Of a stretch of 51,853 nucleotides of DNA, positions 9,881 through 18,617 are shown one piece after another (position 1 is the first letter of the stretch; the number at the start of each line of letters is the position of its first letter). Location: NCBI GenBank assembly GCA_041484665.1, contig JBGPIA010000024.1:1-51853 (forward strand), read 5' to 3'. The notes beneath the pieces were generated by a model. The model was not told where the DNA came from and searched no databases. It saw nothing but the letters and a program-made list of their open reading frames with translations. The stretch is from Candidatus Krumholzibacteriia bacterium. GTDB taxonomy: Bacteria; Krumholzibacteriota; Krumholzibacteriia; JAJRXK01. The translations under genes and the position numbers were made by a program.

Positions 9881-10000
9881 GGCTAAACGCCGGCAGGCTC
9901 GGGTGGGCGCCAGCGGGTGCGGGGAAATGGCAGCCGGTGCGGGCGAGCGGCAGCGGGTGCGGCGAAACGCCGGCAGGTGTGGGCGAGCGGCAGCACCTTC
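9881..10000. repeat. 20-nt (10+10) degenerate array
   Basis: GGGCGAGCGG CAGCGGGTGC / GGCGAAACGC CGGCAGGTGT-type units x6. Confidence 0.75.
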
Positions 10001-10107
10001 GGGCCCGCGCCATTGGGTCCGCGCTGGCTGAAGCGGCCTCAGGCCGGCGCGGGCGGGTGCGGGCGGGTGCGAGTCACGCAGGCGATGCACCCGAACCACA
10101 CAGCGCG

Positions 10108-10147
10108 GAGGTGGCGATGAGGCATCTGAGGTGGCGATGAAGCAGCT
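10108..10147 (+). repeat. 20-nt duplication of the SD plus start codon of def
   Basis: GAGGTGGCGATGAGGCATCT / GAGGTGGCGATGAAGCAGCT. Confidence 0.9.
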
Positions 10148-10697
10148 GTTGAAGATTGCGCGGATGGGCCATCCGGTGCTGCGCCAGGTCGCCGTCGCAG
10201 TGGACCGCAAGCGCCTGAAGGAGCGCGAGTACCAGGACTTCATCGACAGCATGATCGCGACCATGCTCGAGTACGACGGAGTTGGGCTCGCCGCGCCGCA
10301 GGTGCACGTGAGCGAGCGCGTTGTCGTGTTCCACGAGGAAGCGGGCCTGGTGGACGGTGGCGGGCAACCCATCACCGTTCTCGTCAATCCCGTCATTCGG
10401 CCACTGACCGAGCAGCGCAGTGCGATGTGGGAAGGCTGCCTCAGCGTTCCCTACCTGCGCGGGAAGGTCAGCCGGCCCAACAAGGTGAGTGTCGAGGCCC
10501 TCGACCGGCGTGGTCGCGCGGTAGAGCTCACGCTGTCGGGCTTCGCCGCCATCGTGAACCAGCACGAGTGCGACCATCTCGATGGCATCCTCTACATCGA
10601 CCGCCTCGACGATACGCGCCAGCTGGCGTTCATCGAGGAGTATGCGCGCTACGCCGCGCCCAAAGCCGAGCAGGAAGGCACGTATGCGGAGGAGTGA
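10137..10697 (+). CDS. def: Peptide deformylase
   Basis: GVGLAAPQV, EGCLSV, QHECDHLDG motifs. Confidence 0.97.
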   Translation: MKQLLKIARMGHPVLRQVAVAVDRKRLKEREYQDFIDSMIATMLEYDGVGLAAPQVHVSERVVVFHEEAGLVDGGGQPITVLVNPVIRPLTEQRSAMWEGCLSVPYLRGKVSRPNKVSVEALDRRGRAVELTLSGFAAIVNQHECDHLDGILYIDRLDDTRQLAFIEEYARYAAPKAEQEGTYAEE

Positions 10698-10700
10698 GCC

Positions 10701-11339
10701 GTGACGATCTTCGAACCGTCGGTCGACGCATATCTCCAACAGCTCGGTACGCCGACGGACGAGCTGCTCGCCGAGCTGACCGAGGAGGGGCGCCGGCGTG
10801 GCTTCCCCATCGTCGGGCCGCAGGTCGGCCGCTTCCTCGAGCAGCTCGCGCGCGGCATCGGCGCCCGGCGGATCTTCGAGCTGGGCAGTGGCTTCGGCTA
10901 CAGCACCCTGTGGTTCGCGAGGGCGCTGCCCCCAGGCGGAATCATCCATCATACCGACGGCGACCCCAGCAATAGCGAGCGGGCGCGCGAGGTGCTGCGG
11001 CGCGCGGGGATGGTCGACCGCGTCATCTTCCACGTGGGCGACGCGCGCAAGATCCTGCGCGACCTCGCCGATCCCGACCCTTTCGATATCGTCTTCTGCG
11101 ACATCGACAAGGAGCAGTACCCCGAGGCATTTGAGATCATGCGCTCCCGCGTGCGTGTGGGCGGCTTCATCGTGACCGACAATCTGCTCTGGAGTGGGAA
11201 AGTCGCCGATCCGGCACTTCGCGACGAGGAGACCGAGGGGATCCGCACCTACACGCGGCGCGTATGGTCCGATCCCGATTTCCTCAGCTCGCTGTTGCCG
11301 ATCCGCGACGGCGTCGGGTTGCACCTGCGGCTGGTTTAG
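10701..11339 (+). CDS. SAM-dependent O-methyltransferase (Methyltransf_3 type)
   Basis: ELGSGFGYSTLW, FDIVFCDIDKEQY, DNLLWSG, DGV. Confidence 0.9.
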   Translation: MTIFEPSVDAYLQQLGTPTDELLAELTEEGRRRGFPIVGPQVGRFLEQLARGIGARRIFELGSGFGYSTLWFARALPPGGIIHHTDGDPSNSERAREVLRRAGMVDRVIFHVGDARKILRDLADPDPFDIVFCDIDKEQYPEAFEIMRSRVRVGGFIVTDNLLWSGKVADPALRDEETEGIRTYTRRVWSDPDFLSSLLPIRDGVGLHLRLV

Positions 11340-11435
11340 AGGAGCGGTGGGTGGCTGCGCCCGCTACGAGGCGGCCGGCTGCGCTCGAGGAGCCGCCGGT
11401 GGCTGCGCTCGCGGAAGGGCGGCCGGCTGCGGCTG
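11327..11435. repeat. About 24-nt degenerate array seeded on the O-methyltransferase stop codon
   Basis: GGCTGGTTTAGAGGAGC followed by GGCTGCGCTCGAGGAGC-type units. Confidence 0.65.
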
Positions 11436-11481
11436 ATGCGCGCGCCGCCCGGACGGCGCCACGGACATGGGCTAGAGCGCG

Positions 11482-12048
11482 ATGAAAGGCGACGCGATGG
11501 ACGGTACCGAACCGCGGGACGGGGACACCTGCGCGCGCGACGCGGACACCGACGCGCGGGACGGGAGCACCGAACCGCGGGACGGGAGCACCAACGCGCG
11601 GAACGACGGCACGGGAGCGCCGGATCTCAGCGCAGGAGCGCCGGACGGTGGGGAGACGATGGCTCAGCGCGATCGCCTGCACGCCGCACTGGCGAAGGGC
11701 GTGGACGAGTTCAACGCCCGCGAGTTCTACGAATGCCACGAGACACTCGAAGAGGTCTGGCTGCAGGACTGCGGCGACGACCACCTCTTCCTGCAGGGGC
11801 TGATCCAGGCTGCCGCGGCCTATCACAACTTGCTGCGAGGGAAGTGGAGCGGGGGCGCCCGGCTGCTGGATCTGGCCCTGGTGAAGCTCGGACCCTACGG
11901 AGCGAGCCACCACGGAGTGGATCTGGCATCGTTCACGCAGGAGATGCGCCAGGGGCGCGTGGTTGCAGGCGACCTCCTGCGCCGTGGCGGGGGACCATTC
12001 GACGAGCGCTTGCTCCCGCAGATCCACTACGTTCCCTCCAGCGGCTGA
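11482..12048 (+). CDS. DUF309-domain protein with a 7-aa repeat N-terminus
   Basis: GVDEFNAREFYECHETLEEVW, LQGLIQAAAAYH; N-terminal DGSTEPR-like 21-nt repeats; real start may be as late as 11659. Confidence 0.85.
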   Translation: MKGDAMDGTEPRDGDTCARDADTDARDGSTEPRDGSTNARNDGTGAPDLSAGAPDGGETMAQRDRLHAALAKGVDEFNAREFYECHETLEEVWLQDCGDDHLFLQGLIQAAAAYHNLLRGKWSGGARLLDLALVKLGPYGASHHGVDLASFTQEMRQGRVVAGDLLRRGGGPFDERLLPQIHYVPSSG

Positions 12049-12080
12049 GCCCCAGCCGGCAGCGGCTGAGCCCCAGCCGG
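12039..12080. repeat. Perfect 21-nt duplication containing the DUF309 stop codon
   Basis: CAGCGGCTGAGCCCCAGCCGG x2. Confidence 0.95.
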
Positions 12081-12120
12081 ATGTTGTCGAGCCGCACCCC
12101 GACAAGGCGCGGCCGCGGAC

Positions 12121-12260
12121 GCGCAACGTCGGGCGAGGTCGGGCAAGGTCGAGCGTGCGGGGCAAGGTTGAGCACGTGGGGCAAGGTCGAGCACGTCGGG
12201 CCGTGCCGGGCGCGATCGGGCGAGGTCGGTTGTATGCGTGCATGGCCAGGCACGGTCGAG
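12121..12260. repeat. About 10-nt degenerate intergenic array
   Basis: GGGCGAGGTC / GGGCAAGGTC / GAGCACGTG-type units. Confidence 0.7.
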
Positions 12261-12361
12261 CCGCCGCCGAAGCTGAAGCCAGCGCGGTCGAGCGTTGCTG
12301 AGCGGGAGCCGCAGCGGCCTCGCTTGCCGCTCCCACGCAGGACCTCTATACTCCATCGGTC

Positions 12362-13678
12362 ATGCCGCGCGTTCCACGTGACGTCCCGCGCACGCGTCCA
12401 GCGAAGAGCCCCGCGAGCTCGGTCCCACTCGGCGCCATCGCCACCAAGATCGAGCACGGTGAGCGGCTCTCCTTCGACGACGGCGTCAAGCTGTTCCGCA
12501 GCTCCGACCTGTTGACCGTAGGCCACCTGGCCAACTCCGTACGCGAGCGCATGCACGGCGACGTCACGTACTACAACGTGAATCGCCATCTCAATCCCAC
12601 CAACGTCTGCTTCGTCGGCTGCGAGCTCTGCGCGTATCAGGATGCCCCCAACGCGCCGGGCACGTGGGCCTACACGCCTGAGCAGGCCGTGGAGGTCGCG
12701 CGGCGCGACTGGACGCCGGACGTCACCGAGTTCCACCTGGTCGGCGGTCTGCATCCAAAGTGGAAGTTCGACCAGTACGTCGATATCCTGCGCGCGCTGA
12801 GGCAGGCGTTTCCTGCCGTTCACCTCAAGGCCTTCACAATGGTGGAGATCGAGTGGCTGGCGCGGCTGGCCAGCAAGACCATCGAGGAGACGCTGGACCT
12901 GTTGGTCGCGGCGGGCCTGGGCAGCTGCCCGGGCGGCGGCGCGGAGATCTTCGCCCCGCGCGCACGCAGCGTCATCGCGGAGCGCAAGATGACCGGCGAC
13001 CGCTGGCTGGAAGTGGCCGAGATCTGCCACCGTAAAGGGCTGCGCACCAACGCCACGATGCTCTACGGGCACGTGGAGACCTTCGAGGAACGCGTGGACC
13101 ATCTCGTGCGACTGCGCGAGCTGCAGGACCGCACCGGAGGATTCCAGTGCTTCATCCCGCTGGCATTCCATCCGGCCAACACCCCGTTCGAAGGGCACAT
13201 GGGCTCCACCGACGGCTTCGACGACCTCAAGACCGTCGCCGTCAGCCGCCTGCTGCTGGACAACTTCGACCATGTCAAGGCGTACTGGGTGATGCTCACG
13301 CAGAAGATCGCCCAGGTGGCGCTGCATTTCGGCGCTGACGACCTCGACGGCACGATCATCGACGAGCGCATCACCCATGCGGCCGGTGGCGTCGCCGGGA
13401 AGGGGATGACGCGAGCGCAGCTGGAGGCGTTCATCCGCGAGGCAGGCCGCGTGCCGGTCGAGCGCGACACTCTGTATCGGCCCGTGCGCACCGGTTCGAC
13501 GATGGCAGCGCAAGCGGGCATGCCAGCCGGCGGAGCGATGGCAGCCGACGCGGCCATGGCAGCGGGCGCGGCCAGCGCTGCTGGCGCGGCGAGCTTTGCT
13601 CCGCCCACACCGGACCGGCTGCCGGCGAACTCTCCCTCTCTCGAGTCGCCGCCAGAGCACGAAGGCTTGTACGCCTAA
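12362..13678 (+). CDS. mqnE: Aminofutalosine synthase MqnE (radical SAM, futalosine menaquinone pathway)
   Basis: NRHLNPTNVCFVGCELC, HLVGGLHP, PGGGAEIF, NATMLYGH, HVKAYWVM; Ala/Met-rich C-terminal tail. Confidence 0.88.
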   Translation: MPRVPRDVPRTRPAKSPASSVPLGAIATKIEHGERLSFDDGVKLFRSSDLLTVGHLANSVRERMHGDVTYYNVNRHLNPTNVCFVGCELCAYQDAPNAPGTWAYTPEQAVEVARRDWTPDVTEFHLVGGLHPKWKFDQYVDILRALRQAFPAVHLKAFTMVEIEWLARLASKTIEETLDLLVAAGLGSCPGGGAEIFAPRARSVIAERKMTGDRWLEVAEICHRKGLRTNATMLYGHVETFEERVDHLVRLRELQDRTGGFQCFIPLAFHPANTPFEGHMGSTDGFDDLKTVAVSRLLLDNFDHVKAYWVMLTQKIAQVALHFGADDLDGTIIDERITHAAGGVAGKGMTRAQLEAFIREAGRVPVERDTLYRPVRTGSTMAAQAGMPAGGAMAADAAMAAGAASAAGAASFAPPTPDRLPANSPSLESPPEHEGLYA

Positions 13679-13880
13679 ACGAGGCAATGGCCATCGGGGC
13701 GTTTTCCGCAGCCGCGCGCGATCCGCGCCGCGCGCAGTGTGGACCGCGAGTCCGCCGCCGGCCGCAGAGGCCCGGCCGCAGCGGCGATGCTGGCCGCGGA
13801 CGCGTTTGGCGCTCGCCCGTCGCGCGGCAGACGCGCACCGCGCCGCAGTCGCCCGCCGTGCCGCTTTTACCCGCGGCGCT

Positions 13881-14010
13881 GCAGACGCTCCCCACGCTGC
13901 AGACGCTTCCCACGCCGCAAACGCTTCCCACGCCGCAGTCGCCCGCCGCTCCGCAGTCATCCGCCGAGGCGCAGCCATCCGCCGAGGCGCAGTCATCCGT
14001 CGCGCCGCAA
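13881..14010. repeat. 18-nt degenerate array downstream of the HNH gene
   Basis: GCAGACGCTTCCCACGCC-type x3 grading into GCAGTCATCCGCCGAGGC-type x3. Confidence 0.85.
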
Positions 14011-14102
14011 TCCCCGCGCATCCGCCGGACCACGAGTGCGATGCGTCGGGCGCCCCCCAGGCATACGGCAGGAGCCCGCGGCATTCCCCGATCTGTGCCG
14101 CC

Positions 14103-15554
14103 TCAGAGTCGTCCGCGGAGTAGCTCTCTGCCCAGGATTTGCGTAAACATCCTGCGCGCCCGCTCGTGCGCCGCCTCGTGGCACCCCCGGCAGAGCGTGA
14201 TCAGATTGTCTAGCTCGTTGGGCCCATTCGCGTCGCGCGGGTTCAGATGGTGCACATTCAGGAAGCGCGCGCGGTCGCACCCGGCGGCCCGGCAGCGATT
14301 TCCGTCCCGCGCCAGTGCGGCGCGACGCAGGCGCGGCGGCACCGTGGCGGTGTTGCGCTGGCCGGATCTCAGGAGCATCGCGTCGCTCAGGATTGCGCCC
14401 AGCGCCGCGCCAGTGACCGGCTGATCGCCGCGAGTCGTGGGCGCGTGTGCCCGGCCACAGTCTTCGCACAGATAGACGATGACCTGATAGGGGGAGGAGC
14501 GCACCACGACCGTGGGAGCTGGAGAGCTGCACGCGCGGTGCTCAGTGTTCCGCGAGCTTTGGCTGTCGTCTAGATCGGTACTGTTTACCCGGGTAAACTC
14601 GCTGGCGGCCTGCGTCGTCCGATCTTCCACTGTCGCAATGACTTGCGGTGACGTCGACTCCAACGCGCGATCCAGCGCCTCGAGGATCAGCTCCTCCCGT
14701 GACTGCCGCACGCCATTCTTCCGGTGCCGCTCGACCAGGGCCTCGAAGCGCGCGTACTGTTCAGGCGTCAGGTCGAGTTGCAGGCGGACAGGTCGCTCGT
14801 CCGCAGCCGACTGCGCCAGCGTCGCTTCGTCGCAGAGGGCCGCGACGCCGTCCACAGCTGCGCGATCGGCGCCCGCACATGCGCGATCGGCGCCCAGAGT
14901 TGCGCGAACCGCGCTCGGCGCTGGGCGGTCCGCGCGCGAAGCTGCGCGGTTCGCCGCGGCCGCGGCGCCCTCCGGTGCGACAGCGCGCCCGGAGACCGCC
15001 CCACCACCCGGCGCCACGGCGTCCGCGGACGCTGCCGCGCCCCGCGACGGCTGACTGGGCGCGATCTCGAGCGAGCCCTGCTGCGGGTTCCGGCGTCGGA
15101 GCACGCGGGCCCCGGAGCGCACACGCTCGACGCGCTGCTCGAGCTCGCGGCGGCTGCATTGTGTGGCCTGCTGGATCCACTGCTGCTCGGTGCTCGGCGT
15201 GGCGACACGTGCCACCGTGCGCGCCTTGGTCCAGGGTACCTCGCCCGACTCGACGGATCGCTTCAGTTTCGGGAGCCGTCGCAGCTCCTCGCAGAGCCGC
15301 AGGAATTGCGACGTGCGGGCCTTCGAGAAGCCCAGTGCCTCGTGCGCGTACTGATGGATCGAAGAGTAGCCCAGGTCACGGTAGAGCTTGCGCCGCATCA
15401 CCTCGGAGAACCAGAACACCGCGCTCTGCTCCGCGCGCTCGAAGTCGGCGAGCGCGCCCCGCAGGTGCACGTCGACCTGAGCGGCGGGGAGGTGAGGCTG
15501 ACGGTACGCGGAGTCGTGGCCCGAAGAGGGGGGGCCACCAGAGGTAGCCGGCAT
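14103..15554 (-). CDS. HNH endonuclease with a DUF222-like helical N-terminal region
   Basis: C-terminal RDGNRCRAAGC...VHH...NELDNLITLCRGCHEAAH; CEDC motif; N-terminal LGYSSIHQYA...LGFS...GEVPWTKAR; opposite orientation to both neighbours; start ATG 15554 inferred. Confidence 0.88.
   Translation of the reverse strand: MPATSGGPPSSGHDSAYRQPHLPAAQVDVHLRGALADFERAEQSAVFWFSEVMRRKLYRDLGYSSIHQYAHEALGFSKARTSQFLRLCEELRRLPKLKRSVESGEVPWTKARTVARVATPSTEQQWIQQATQCSRRELEQRVERVRSGARVLRRRNPQQGSLEIAPSQPSRGAAASADAVAPGGGAVSGRAVAPEGAAAAANRAASRADRPAPSAVRATLGADRACAGADRAAVDGVAALCDEATLAQSAADERPVRLQLDLTPEQYARFEALVERHRKNGVRQSREELILEALDRALESTSPQVIATVEDRTTQAASEFTRVNSTDLDDSQSSRNTEHRACSSPAPTVVVRSSPYQVIVYLCEDCGRAHAPTTRGDQPVTGAALGAILSDAMLLRSGQRNTATVPPRLRRAALARDGNRCRAAGCDRARFLNVHHLNPRDANGPNELDNLITLCRGCHEAAHERARRMFTQILGRELLRGRL
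14583..14598. other. Perfect 16-bp palindrome inside the HNH gene
   Basis: GTTTACCCGGGTAAAC, encodes FTRVN. Confidence 0.9.
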
Positions 15555-15604
15555 CCGTGGTCGCCTTTCGCGGGAGGCGAGAGTGACCGGGAGGCGGTTC
15601 GCAC

Positions 15605-15662
15605 AAGATAGTACGGTACGAGTCGGGCGCAAGACTGTAACTTGTTTACTTATGGCATGTTA
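15605..15662 (-). promoter_or_regulatory. Putative HNH promoter plus upstream TAAC-N17-GTTA dyad (IHF-like)
   Basis: Minus strand TTGCGC-N16-TATCTT; plus strand TAACTTG-N11-CATGTTA at 15638-15662. Confidence 0.4.
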
Positions 15663-16043
15663 TAGACATTTTTCCATCGCCTTGCTGGCGCCCTTCCCGA
15701 CCATCTCCAGCGCGACGTCGCGACGCGCCCGCCGCGTCTCCGCTGGGCCCGGGGCGCGCCCCGGGCGCCCCGCCAAAGCCCGAGCGTACCCTCGTCAGGC
15801 CCCGGGCACGCCCACGGGAACGTCCCCCGCCGTGCCTCCGCCGCGCCCGCCCCTGCCCCGGGCGCGGTTGCGAGGTGCTCCCGACGCACTCCCAACGAAC
15901 AGCCGCCCAGCTCCCGCGGCACCTTGCCCTACCCCTATCGCGCTCCCGACCCTGCCTTGTCGCGCGAGCAGTCAGCCGCTAGGGTGATGGGCGTTGGCCG
16001 GTGATCCGGTGCGCTGGGCGAGTGAAGCCATGGAGGTCCGGTG

Positions 16044-17705
16044 ATGACGTTGTTCGCAAGTCGTACGAACTCCCGCTCGCGCCATGCCGTGCACAGAGGC
16101 GCGCCCCATGCCACACGCAGTGCCGCCCACCACGCCGCGCACCACGCCTCGCCCCACGCCGCGTCCCATGCTGCGCACCACGCCGCGCCCCACGCCGCGC
16201 CCCATGCTACGCACTGTGCCGCCCGCCGTTCCGCGCACCATGCGCGGCCCCTTCTCTCGCTAGGGGCTGTGCCGCTTGTCCTGTCGCTCGTGTTGCTGCT
16301 CTCCTGCGCCACCAATCCCGTTACGGGTAAGCGCCAACTCATGCTGGTGAGCGAGGCGCAGGAGGACCAGATCGGCGCTCAGAGCGATACCCAGATCGTG
16401 GCCCAGTACGGCGTGGTTCAGGATCCGGGGTTGGCGTCCTACATCGAGCAGCTGGGCAACAGACTCGTCACGGTCAGCCACCGGCCAGACCTGAAATTCC
16501 ACTTCCGGTTGCTCGACGATCCGACGGTCAACGCATTCGCGCTGCCGGGCGGCTACGTCTACATCACGCGCGGGATCCTGGCCTACCTGCCCGCCGAGGC
16601 CGCGCTCGCCGGGGTGATGGGGCACGAGATCGGCCATGTGGCGGCTCGTCACGGAGCACAACAAATGACGCAACAGCAGCTCATCGGCTTGGGGCTCGGG
16701 CTGGGCGCGGCCCTGAATAAGACGTTCGCGCAATACTCGGGGATCGCCGGCCAGGCAGCGCAGCTGCTGATGCTCAAGTACAGCCGCGACGACGAGCGGC
16801 AGGCCGATCAGCTCGGTGTGGAGTACGCGACCAAGATCCACTACGACACGCAGGAGATGGCGAATTTCTTCCAGACGCTGGAACGCTTGACCGCTGACGC
16901 GGGGCGATTGCCAGCGTGGCAGAGCACGCACCCAGATCCGGGCGAGCGGTACGTGACGGTCGGGCAGCTCACCCGACAGTGGCAGGGACAGGTCGGCGCG
17001 GCCTCCTACCTCCAGCAGCGAGACACATATGTGGGCAGGCTCGAGGGCATCGTCTTCGGCAGCAATCCGCGTGGCGGCTACGTGAAGGACGGAGTTTTCC
17101 TGCACCCGGATCTGGCGCTGCAATTTCCGGTGCCGCCCGGATGGGCCGTGGCCAACGCTGCGTCACAGGTTGCGCTCACCTCCAAGGACGGCGAAGCGAT
17201 GGTGCTGTTCGGCATGGAGCAGTCCCAGACCGACCCGGCTGCCGCGGCCGATGCCTTCGCCCGCGGCCAGGGAATCCAGATCTCCGAGCGCACGGCACTG
17301 CGAATACACGAGCTGGCAGCCGTGCGATTGGCCGGCTCGGTAACGACCGACCAGGGAGACCTCGGGCTGGTGTCGACATTCATCAAGTACGATGGCCGCG
17401 TCTACGCGTTTCACGGTCTCACCGCACTGAATGCGATGGCGTCGATGCGTCCCACACTCGTGGCGCCGGCCAACGGCTTCGGTCCGCTGACCGACCGCGC
17501 GGCCCTGGGAATCCAGCCGACCCTGCTGCACGTTGTCGAGTCGCCGAAGGCAGCGCCATTCCGGGAGGCCGTTTCCGGGTTTCCCATCCCCGATGGGGCC
17601 GGCATCGATCTGGCCGGGCTGGCGTTGGTGAATGGGATGGGGCTCGATACGCCAGTGGCGAAGGGCCAGCTCCTCAAGGTGCTGCGGCGCCGGTCCGCAT
17701 CGTAG
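16044..17705 (+). CDS. M48-family zinc metalloprotease lipoprotein (BepA/YfgC-like)
   Basis: NAFALPGG, HEIGH, YSRDDERQAD, STHP; lipobox LLLSC; GGAGG SD before ATG 16044. Confidence 0.93.
   Translation: MTLFASRTNSRSRHAVHRGAPHATRSAAHHAAHHASPHAASHAAHHAAPHAAPHATHCAARRSAHHARPLLSLGAVPLVLSLVLLLSCATNPVTGKRQLMLVSEAQEDQIGAQSDTQIVAQYGVVQDPGLASYIEQLGNRLVTVSHRPDLKFHFRLLDDPTVNAFALPGGYVYITRGILAYLPAEAALAGVMGHEIGHVAARHGAQQMTQQQLIGLGLGLGAALNKTFAQYSGIAGQAAQLLMLKYSRDDERQADQLGVEYATKIHYDTQEMANFFQTLERLTADAGRLPAWQSTHPDPGERYVTVGQLTRQWQGQVGAASYLQQRDTYVGRLEGIVFGSNPRGGYVKDGVFLHPDLALQFPVPPGWAVANAASQVALTSKDGEAMVLFGMEQSQTDPAAAADAFARGQGIQISERTALRIHELAAVRLAGSVTTDQGDLGLVSTFIKYDGRVYAFHGLTALNAMASMRPTLVAPANGFGPLTDRAALGIQPTLLHVVESPKAAPFREAVSGFPIPDGAGIDLAGLALVNGMGLDTPVAKGQLLKVLRRRSAS
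16081..16243. repeat. 12-nt array encoding HAAH/HAAP repeats before the M48 signal h-region
   Basis: CCACGCCGCGCA/CCACGCCGCGCC-type units, about 13 copies. Confidence 0.85.
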
Positions 17706-17920
17706 GGTTGCGGTGCGCGGTGGCGTGGCGCCGGTCCGCACCGGCGGGCCACCGCCTGCATCGGAGCCTCCGCGGGCCGGACAGGGTCCCTGGGTCGGCG
17801 CGCTCTCGTGCGTGTCGCAAAGAATTCACCGGCAGAAGGTCACGATTTCGAGTAAACTCACGGCCTCTCCCTCCGCCGATCACCATCCCCTGGAAGGCTC
17901 AGCAATTGAGGAGGCCAAGT

Positions 17921-18610
17921 ATGAGGAGGGCGACGACTTTCCCCGCCGGGCGGGGTTTCGCGGCCGGGTTGTTGGTGGTGCTGGTAGCACTCGCGCTCGC
18001 GGGGGGTACCGCGCAAGCTAATGTGGTCAACGTGACGGGGAGCTCCTCGAGCTTCACCCCCCCGATCGTGAACATCCAGGCGGGGGACACGGTGGTGTGG
18101 GCCGTGGGCGTACTGCCCCATACCGTCACCAACGGCACCGGCTCCCTCGATCCAGTTGCGGGGACGCTGTTCGACTCCCCGCTGGACACGTTCAACCCGA
18201 CCGTCAGCTTCACGTTCAACACACCGGGCAGTTTTCCGTACTTCTGCCGGAATCATGAGCTCCTGAACATGAAGGGCACGGTCAACGTGGCCGCTCCGTC
18301 GGCGGCCGATGCGATCAGCCGCCCGATGCCCCAGCTCTCCCTGCCGCATCCGAACCCGTTCAATCCCCGGACGGCGCTGGAGCTCACGATGCCCGTGGCG
18401 GCGAACGTGCGCGTCACGATCCATGACCTCCGCGGGCGCCTCGTCGCCGTGCTGGCCGACGGCCTGCTGGGCGAGGGTCAGCACACGCTGGTCTGGACGG
18501 GGAGCGATCAAGACGGCCAGGCAGTCTCTTCGGGCGTCTACGTGTCGCAGCTCGTCGTCGACGGCCAGGAGCTGCCCACGGCGCGCTATCGCATGGTTCT
18601 TGTACGGTGA
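17921..18610 (+). CDS. Secreted cupredoxin (plastocyanin/azurin-like) with a C-terminal FlgD-Ig sorting-type domain
   Basis: Signal peptide (AQA); PHTVT and YFCRNHELLNM type-1 copper ligands; PNPFNP...DLRGRLV...W.G.D...SGVY; GAGGAGG SD. Confidence 0.88.
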   Translation: MRRATTFPAGRGFAAGLLVVLVALALAGGTAQANVVNVTGSSSSFTPPIVNIQAGDTVVWAVGVLPHTVTNGTGSLDPVAGTLFDSPLDTFNPTVSFTFNTPGSFPYFCRNHELLNMKGTVNVAAPSAADAISRPMPQLSLPHPNPFNPRTALELTMPVAANVRVTIHDLRGRLVAVLADGLLGEGQHTLVWTGSDQDGQAVSSGVYVSQLVVDGQELPTARYRMVLVR

Positions 18611-18617
18611 TCGCGGC

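Noticed and set aside
17821..17860. GAATTCACC...GAGTAAACT resembling halves of the HNH palindrome
   Set aside because: Not palindromic and too short to distinguish from chance.
16916..17920. N-terminal extension of the 564-aa ORF ending at 18610
   Set aside because: Overlaps the M48 gene out of frame; a strong SD supports the start at 17921.
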